Below are positions 59,565 through 64,000 of a stretch of DNA of 64,000 nt, piece after piece. Source of the stretch: Patescibacteria group bacterium. GTDB taxonomy: Bacteria > Patescibacteriota > Microgenomatia > UBA10105 > UBA927. Within the stretch, counting starts at the first letter, position 1, and each line of letters opens with the position of its first letter. A program made the position numbers and the translations under genes. The notes beneath the pieces are model-generated. The model saw only the letters and a program-made list of their open reading frames with translations, was not told where the DNA came from and searched no databases. The DNA lies in contig JBMOPU010000033.1 in the NCBI GenBank assembly GCA_049322955.1, positions 784 through 64,783 on the forward strand, given 5' to 3'.

Positions 59565-60593
59565 ATGGAGTCACGGACAAGGCGCATTTACGCGTCCAAA
59601 ATAAAAATAGGTATTTTTCTGGTACTCGTTATCATGCTTTTGACGCTTATCGTCAAAGCCGTGCAATTTTCGCGCGGATTCATGACGACAACAGGGATAA
59701 CCCCCACAACCCTTATGCGGTTGGTGTTCGATTCGGGAGCCGACCTTCATCCGATAGACGGACGGGTAAATATTTTACTTCTGGGTATTCCCGGCGGTGA
59801 CCATGACGGCACCGACCTTACCGATACGATTCTGGTGCTTTCATTCCATATGAAAAATCAGTCCCTTGCCATGATATCCGTGCCCCGGGACATATGGTCC
59901 GATACCTTGAAGGATAAAGTGAACAGCGCCTACCATTACGGGGAACAAAAAAAGAAAGGCGGCGGGCTGATCCTTGCAAAAGCGATTGTATCGGATGTCG
60001 TCGGGTTGCCGATCCAATATGCCCTGGTACTCGATTTTTCGGGGTTCAAGAAAATTATCGATCTTGTGGGAGGGGTTGAAATACAGGTGGAAAAAAGCTT
60101 CACCGATAAGGAATATCCTATCCCCGGCAAAGAAAACGACGAATGTAATGGTGACCCGCTCTTTGCGTGCCGGTATGAAGCATTGCATTTTGATGCGGGA
60201 CCCCAGGTAATGGACGGGGAGCGTGCGTTAAAATATGTGCGAAGCAGACATGCGGAAGGGAATGAAGGAAGTGATTTTGCACGCGGGCGGAGACAACAGG
60301 AAGTGTTGCTTGCACTCAAAACGAAACTGTTATCCAAGGATATCTATCTGCACCCTTCCGAAATCGAAAAACTGTATGCGGCGTTTGATGAGGCGACCGA
60401 CATGGACACCAATATCGGCGAGCTTATGACGATCGGCAAGATGTTTATGCAAACGACAAAGGAAAAGACCACGCGTATATCTTTGGAAGACAAACTTTAC
60501 ACGCCGCCGAGTAGTTGGTACGGCCGGTATGTCCTGCTTCCCAAGGAAAGTTTTCCCGCTATCCACGCGTTTGTTAAGTCCGCATTACCCTAA
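59565..60593 (+). CDS. LytR-CpsA-Psr (LCP) family glycopolymer transferase
   Basis: NILLLG, TDTI, SVPRD, KVNSAY, YVRSRH, SDFARGRRQQ. Confidence 0.93.
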   Translation: MESRTRRIYASKIKIGIFLVLVIMLLTLIVKAVQFSRGFMTTTGITPTTLMRLVFDSGADLHPIDGRVNILLLGIPGGDHDGTDLTDTILVLSFHMKNQSLAMISVPRDIWSDTLKDKVNSAYHYGEQKKKGGGLILAKAIVSDVVGLPIQYALVLDFSGFKKIIDLVGGVEIQVEKSFTDKEYPIPGKENDECNGDPLFACRYEALHFDAGPQVMDGERALKYVRSRHAEGNEGSDFARGRRQQEVLLALKTKLLSKDIYLHPSEIEKLYAAFDEATDMDTNIGELMTIGKMFMQTTKEKTTRISLEDKLYTPPSSWYGRYVLLPKESFPAIHAFVKSALP

Positions 60594-60772
60594 CGCATAC
60601 CGTCTTTTATCGCAGATATCCCAAGTACCATAGGTGAGTGGGCAGTTATCCCTTGTCTTACCGCCCGCGCTTCGGTGTTGTGTCACTCGCACCGATACGG
60701 GTGATGCGTATTACCAAGCATACGTGATCCGATACGGATGAGAGAGGAGAGCAGACGGAATATCCAGAGGGA

Positions 60773-61507
60773 TTAGAACACTAATCCGAGAAGAAGCAGT
60801 AATACACCGCCGGCAACCACGCTTGCGCCGAGGACGGAAGGTACCCCCGCTACCGGAATCTTCGGCGTCGGAATGGGCGTCGGCGTTGCTGTGGTGCCCG
60901 GAGGCGGTGTCGGTCCCGTTGCGACACGGCAGTCATCGGATGCGATCCAGACATTGTTATTGTCTCTTACCCGACAGGAGAAGCTGTATGCGCCGCTGGT
61001 GGTCACCGTATAGGTCGTCGTGAGCGAACCCGGTGAGCCGACATTTTCTTCGACAAGCTTCGTGGACCCGTCCGGCATGGTAAATTCTGCGGCGGTAATG
61101 TCCCCGTCGGCATCCCTTCCCACACAGGTTAAGGTGACGGTGTAGGGGACTGTTCCCGTTGCGGGTTCAACCGTGAGATCCACACAAACGGGATTGGTAT
61201 TGTTGGCAACCGGCGTCGGCGTCGGCGTTGAAGTCGGACCAGGAGTTCCCGTCGGCGTCGGCGTTGAAGTCGGACCAGGAGTTCCCGTCGGCGTCACGGT
61301 CGGCGTCGGGGTCGGGGTATTCTCAACCCCGATCGAAAAGACCAATTTACAGTTGATGTCCGACGCTTTGGGGGTTACTTGCGGGACGGTCGGTGCGACG
61401 GGTGATTGCTGTTCCAGTTTCGTGCTGGTCAGGTACGCCACCACGCCGATACCCACCGTGATGATGGTGACCGTCATCAAATACCAATATTTCTTTAGGA
61501 AATGCAT
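60773..61507 (-). CDS. surface protein with PT-rich linker, PKD/Ig-like domain and IPVAG-TM tail
   Basis: N-terminal TM; TPTP repeats; PYTVTLTC..DADGDI; IPVAG before a C-terminal hydrophobic segment. Confidence 0.75.
   Translation of the reverse strand: MHFLKKYWYLMTVTIITVGIGVVAYLTSTKLEQQSPVAPTVPQVTPKASDINCKLVFSIGVENTPTPTPTVTPTGTPGPTSTPTPTGTPGPTSTPTPTPVANNTNPVCVDLTVEPATGTVPYTVTLTCVGRDADGDITAAEFTMPDGSTKLVEENVGSPGSLTTTYTVTTSGAYSFSCRVRDNNNVWIASDDCRVATGPTPPPGTTATPTPIPTPKIPVAGVPSVLGASVVAGGVLLLLLGLVF
61215..61295. repeat. 36-bp perfect tandem repeat (about 2.25 copies) encoding GTPGPTSTPTPT
   Basis: gtcggcgtcggcgttgaagtcggaccaggagttccc at 61215-61250 and 61251-61286, plus a partial copy. Confidence 0.9.
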
Positions 61508-61508
61508 A

Positions 61509-62513
61509 TTAGTGCCATGCTCCGTTCGTAAATACTTCGCCTTCAATGACAAAATCGGTAACGCCGTCGGCTATCGTATAGTTTAACGTAAATTCGTTAC
61601 TGGCATTTTTGGTGGTGGTTTCCGTCCATGCGCCGCCGTTCACCCGGAAATGCGCCTTGGTGGGCGAGAGGTTGCCCTTGACGGCAAGGACCACTTCGTC
61701 GCCTGCCCGAAGCGTGGTGAGATCACTTACCTGGGTGCCGTTTTTATAGATTTTTATGTTTTGACACACCGGGGTGTTACCTGTTGTGGGTGTCGGCGTG
61801 GGATTAGTGGTGTCATCATCATCACCGTTATCGTCATCACCGCCGACCGGGACACAACCGTCGCCGTTAGGATTACACTGGTATTGCGGATAACAACAGG
61901 TCATGCCGACGCCGTGCTGGTTGGCGCACCATGCCCTTCCTTGGGCTTTACAAGGGCCTTCCGTTTCTCCCGGCAATTCACATCGCGTTTCCGTACACAT
62001 ATCGCCGTCCTGGCAGTGACACACATAGCCTGCGGGACAGGTTCCCTGCGGATTACCATCCGTCGCTCCACTACATTCCTTATATCCGGTACCCCACGCT
62101 CTGCTTCGGACGTCGGCGATCTGTTGATTTTTTTGCGAGATAAAATACACGCTCGCCGGCAACACCAATAAAAGTAAAGCGATAAGGGCGATAAGCGGAC
62201 CCTTTGAGGATTTTTTCGGAAGCGAAGAATGATGGTGCGATTTTTCCTGTGCGGGGGGAACAATCACCGATTCGCTGGGTTTCGTTTCAAGAAGACTTTC
62301 GACCAAGGCATCCTGACCCGCGTTCAAAGAAGCGGATGATTCTGCAACCGGCACGGGAGCCGGAGCGGGAACCGAGGCCGGCATGGGATCAAGTGCAGGG
62401 ACGGGCGGAGCGGGAGGTTCCGGTACTGCGGGAGGAGGAACCACCGGAACGGGTTCCGGTTCCGGGGGAAGGGTATCAGTCGTTGTTTGTGGTTTTAATA
62501 CATCATCAGCCAT
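61509..62513 (-). CDS. membrane protein with Pro-rich cytoplasmic region, Cys-rich extracellular module and Ig-like C-terminus
   Basis: TM LIALIALLLLVLPASVYF; about 12 Cys after QQIADVRSRA; acidic and PT linker. Confidence 0.75.
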   Translation of the reverse strand: MADDVLKPQTTTDTLPPEPEPVPVVPPPAVPEPPAPPVPALDPMPASVPAPAPVPVAESSASLNAGQDALVESLLETKPSESVIVPPAQEKSHHHSSLPKKSSKGPLIALIALLLLVLPASVYFISQKNQQIADVRSRAWGTGYKECSGATDGNPQGTCPAGYVCHCQDGDMCTETRCELPGETEGPCKAQGRAWCANQHGVGMTCCYPQYQCNPNGDGCVPVGGDDDNGDDDDTTNPTPTPTTGNTPVCQNIKIYKNGTQVSDLTTLRAGDEVVLAVKGNLSPTKAHFRVNGGAWTETTTKNASNEFTLNYTIADGVTDFVIEGEVFTNGAWH

Positions 62514-62582
62514 ACGAATAAATTCGCGTATATAGAATCAGCTTAGTGCACCGATAACATAAGAGTCAAGCGGCGGTCGTAC

Positions 62583-63878
62583 TCACCGTCGTAACGAAAA
62601 AGCACCTCCGCCGAAAATGCCTAGACCGAGTATGAGCAGTACGATAAGCGGCAAAGGAAAGCCGGTTTCCGGTATGGGTTCGCCGGCGAGCGTTGCGGTA
62701 GGAGTGGGATCGTCCGTAACGGTCGGTTCCGGCGTCAGGGTTGCCGACGGCGTGGCGTCTCCAAGTACTTGGGTGCCGCTCTTTAATATTTCAAACGTGT
62801 GGGTGAGCGCGACGGTTTTATTTTGGGCATCTTTCGTCGTTATGGTGACGCTTTGCTTGCCGGGAGCAAGCGGCTTAATGGGCGTATATCGCCATACGCC
62901 GTCATTTCCTATGATGACCGTATCGCTCATCGGCTTTTCGATGCCGATGGTTACCAACAGTGGATTCCCGCCGACCCCGGTTCCCTGAATCAGCGGCAGA
63001 TTTGAGGGTATGGCACTGCCGTCTGCGGGTTTGACGATTGCGACCGTCTGTTTTTTCACTTCCGTTGTTTCGCCCAGTACCGCCGGCTGTGCGGCGGGAG
63101 CCGCCGCAAGGGGCGGTTGCCCGATTGTTTCCGCCTGAATTTTACGAAAATCGTAGGTTTTTCCGACCGTCATACTGGGTACGGGATTATCATTCAACGT
63201 ATCGGTGAGCGCCGTTGACTCACCGTCAGCGCTACGGATGACAATGGATTCATTGATCCGCTCGGCAACGGGCAGGTATCGGTCAAGTGACGTTGTGCGT
63301 GCAAGATTCAACGGAATGACCCAGGTGCCTGTCGTTTTTGAGAGGGTTGAGAGTGTTTGCCCGTTTTCAAGCGTAAGATATACCAATGCACCGTCAAGCG
63401 GCAGACCGTTGGTTGCGGTGATTTGTCCGTAAGCAGGTTCAATACCCGTTCCGAGACCGGAAATTGCGGGTGCCGTTTTTACTTCGTACGATACCCCGTT
63501 ATTGGTGTAGGAAACATTGTTGGATACAATGACAAATTTGTACCCCGTATCCGGTTTGAGGTTTCGTACCACCACGGAGTGGGTGGTGTAGGCGGCGGTT
63601 GCCGGTTTGGTGTTTGCGGTGGAGTAGCGTTCGTCAAAGAAAAAGTTATCAGGGTTAACCCCGTCCAATCGCACCGAACCGCTGACTTCATCATCCGTCG
63701 TCCACGTCACCGTAAATGACGCATCGGTGATATTGGTGACGGTGACGTTTTTCGGAGCATGCGTCGACACCGCCTTGGTCAACAGCGGAGTGACTCTGTC
63801 AAATGCGAAGCGAAACACCATAACCGCCGCCACTACAAGCAATAAGCCGACGATGGTGGGGATTTTTCTCTGTTGCAT
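62583..63878 (-). CDS. surface protein with Fn3 and bacterial Ig-like domains and IPETG-TM tail
   Basis: VTNITDASFTVTW...LKPDTGY Fn3; DGVWRYTP Ig; IPETG, TM and RR at the C-terminus. Confidence 0.8.
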   Translation of the reverse strand: MQQRKIPTIVGLLLVVAAVMVFRFAFDRVTPLLTKAVSTHAPKNVTVTNITDASFTVTWTTDDEVSGSVRLDGVNPDNFFFDERYSTANTKPATAAYTTHSVVVRNLKPDTGYKFVIVSNNVSYTNNGVSYEVKTAPAISGLGTGIEPAYGQITATNGLPLDGALVYLTLENGQTLSTLSKTTGTWVIPLNLARTTSLDRYLPVAERINESIVIRSADGESTALTDTLNDNPVPSMTVGKTYDFRKIQAETIGQPPLAAAPAAQPAVLGETTEVKKQTVAIVKPADGSAIPSNLPLIQGTGVGGNPLLVTIGIEKPMSDTVIIGNDGVWRYTPIKPLAPGKQSVTITTKDAQNKTVALTHTFEILKSGTQVLGDATPSATLTPEPTVTDDPTPTATLAGEPIPETGFPLPLIVLLILGLGIFGGGAFSLRR

Positions 63879-64000
63879 ACGTTTTTTGCTAGTCCATGGT
63901 ACTTCGTGTTTCTAATTCTTCCAATATACTAACATCAATTTTACTTGATAGCGGACTGACGACCTGTTGGACGGGGCGTGCTATCGTCGATGTCTTGGTT

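Noticed and set aside
61215-61295. 36-bp repeat as a CRISPR array
   Set aside because: The copies are contiguous with no spacers and encode an in-frame Pro/Thr linker

Overview
A gene-dense, ~50% GC bacterial chromosomal segment using the standard code (TGA is a stop). Its gene content and style point to a Patescibacteria/CPR organism, probably Microgenomates (inference). Supporting features are tandem class A PBPs, a VirB4/TraD-like ATPase, type-1 IDI, a short TIM, GapN, GT-C glycosyltransferases, Thr/Pro-rich surface proteins and tRNA-Ile(UAU). Housekeeping loci are sodA, nrdR-nrdJ-pduO, tsaD, groES-groEL (with CIRCE), metG, tatD, rmuC, two UvrD-family helicases and tpiA, plus a large cell-envelope complement. 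I saw no CRISPR, rRNA, integrase or transposase. The most interesting signals are non-coding and missed by the ORF track. (1) A complete ribosome-stalling attenuator lies upstream of an unknown ORF and metG. It has a 14-aa leader peptide MTHIISMMMANKSG with three tandem Met codons and mutually exclusive protector, antiterminator and terminator hairpins. (2) A compact cobalamin riboswitch follows nrdJ-pduO, and its L5 loop can pair next to the RBS of a 653-aa protein of unknown function. (3) A tRNA-Ile(UAU) is preceded by a tRNA-like relic with a hairpin inserted in its D-loop. (4) -10 boxes sit 6-9 nt before many start codons, implying widespread leaderless translation. All protein calls come from motif recognition only; no searches were run.
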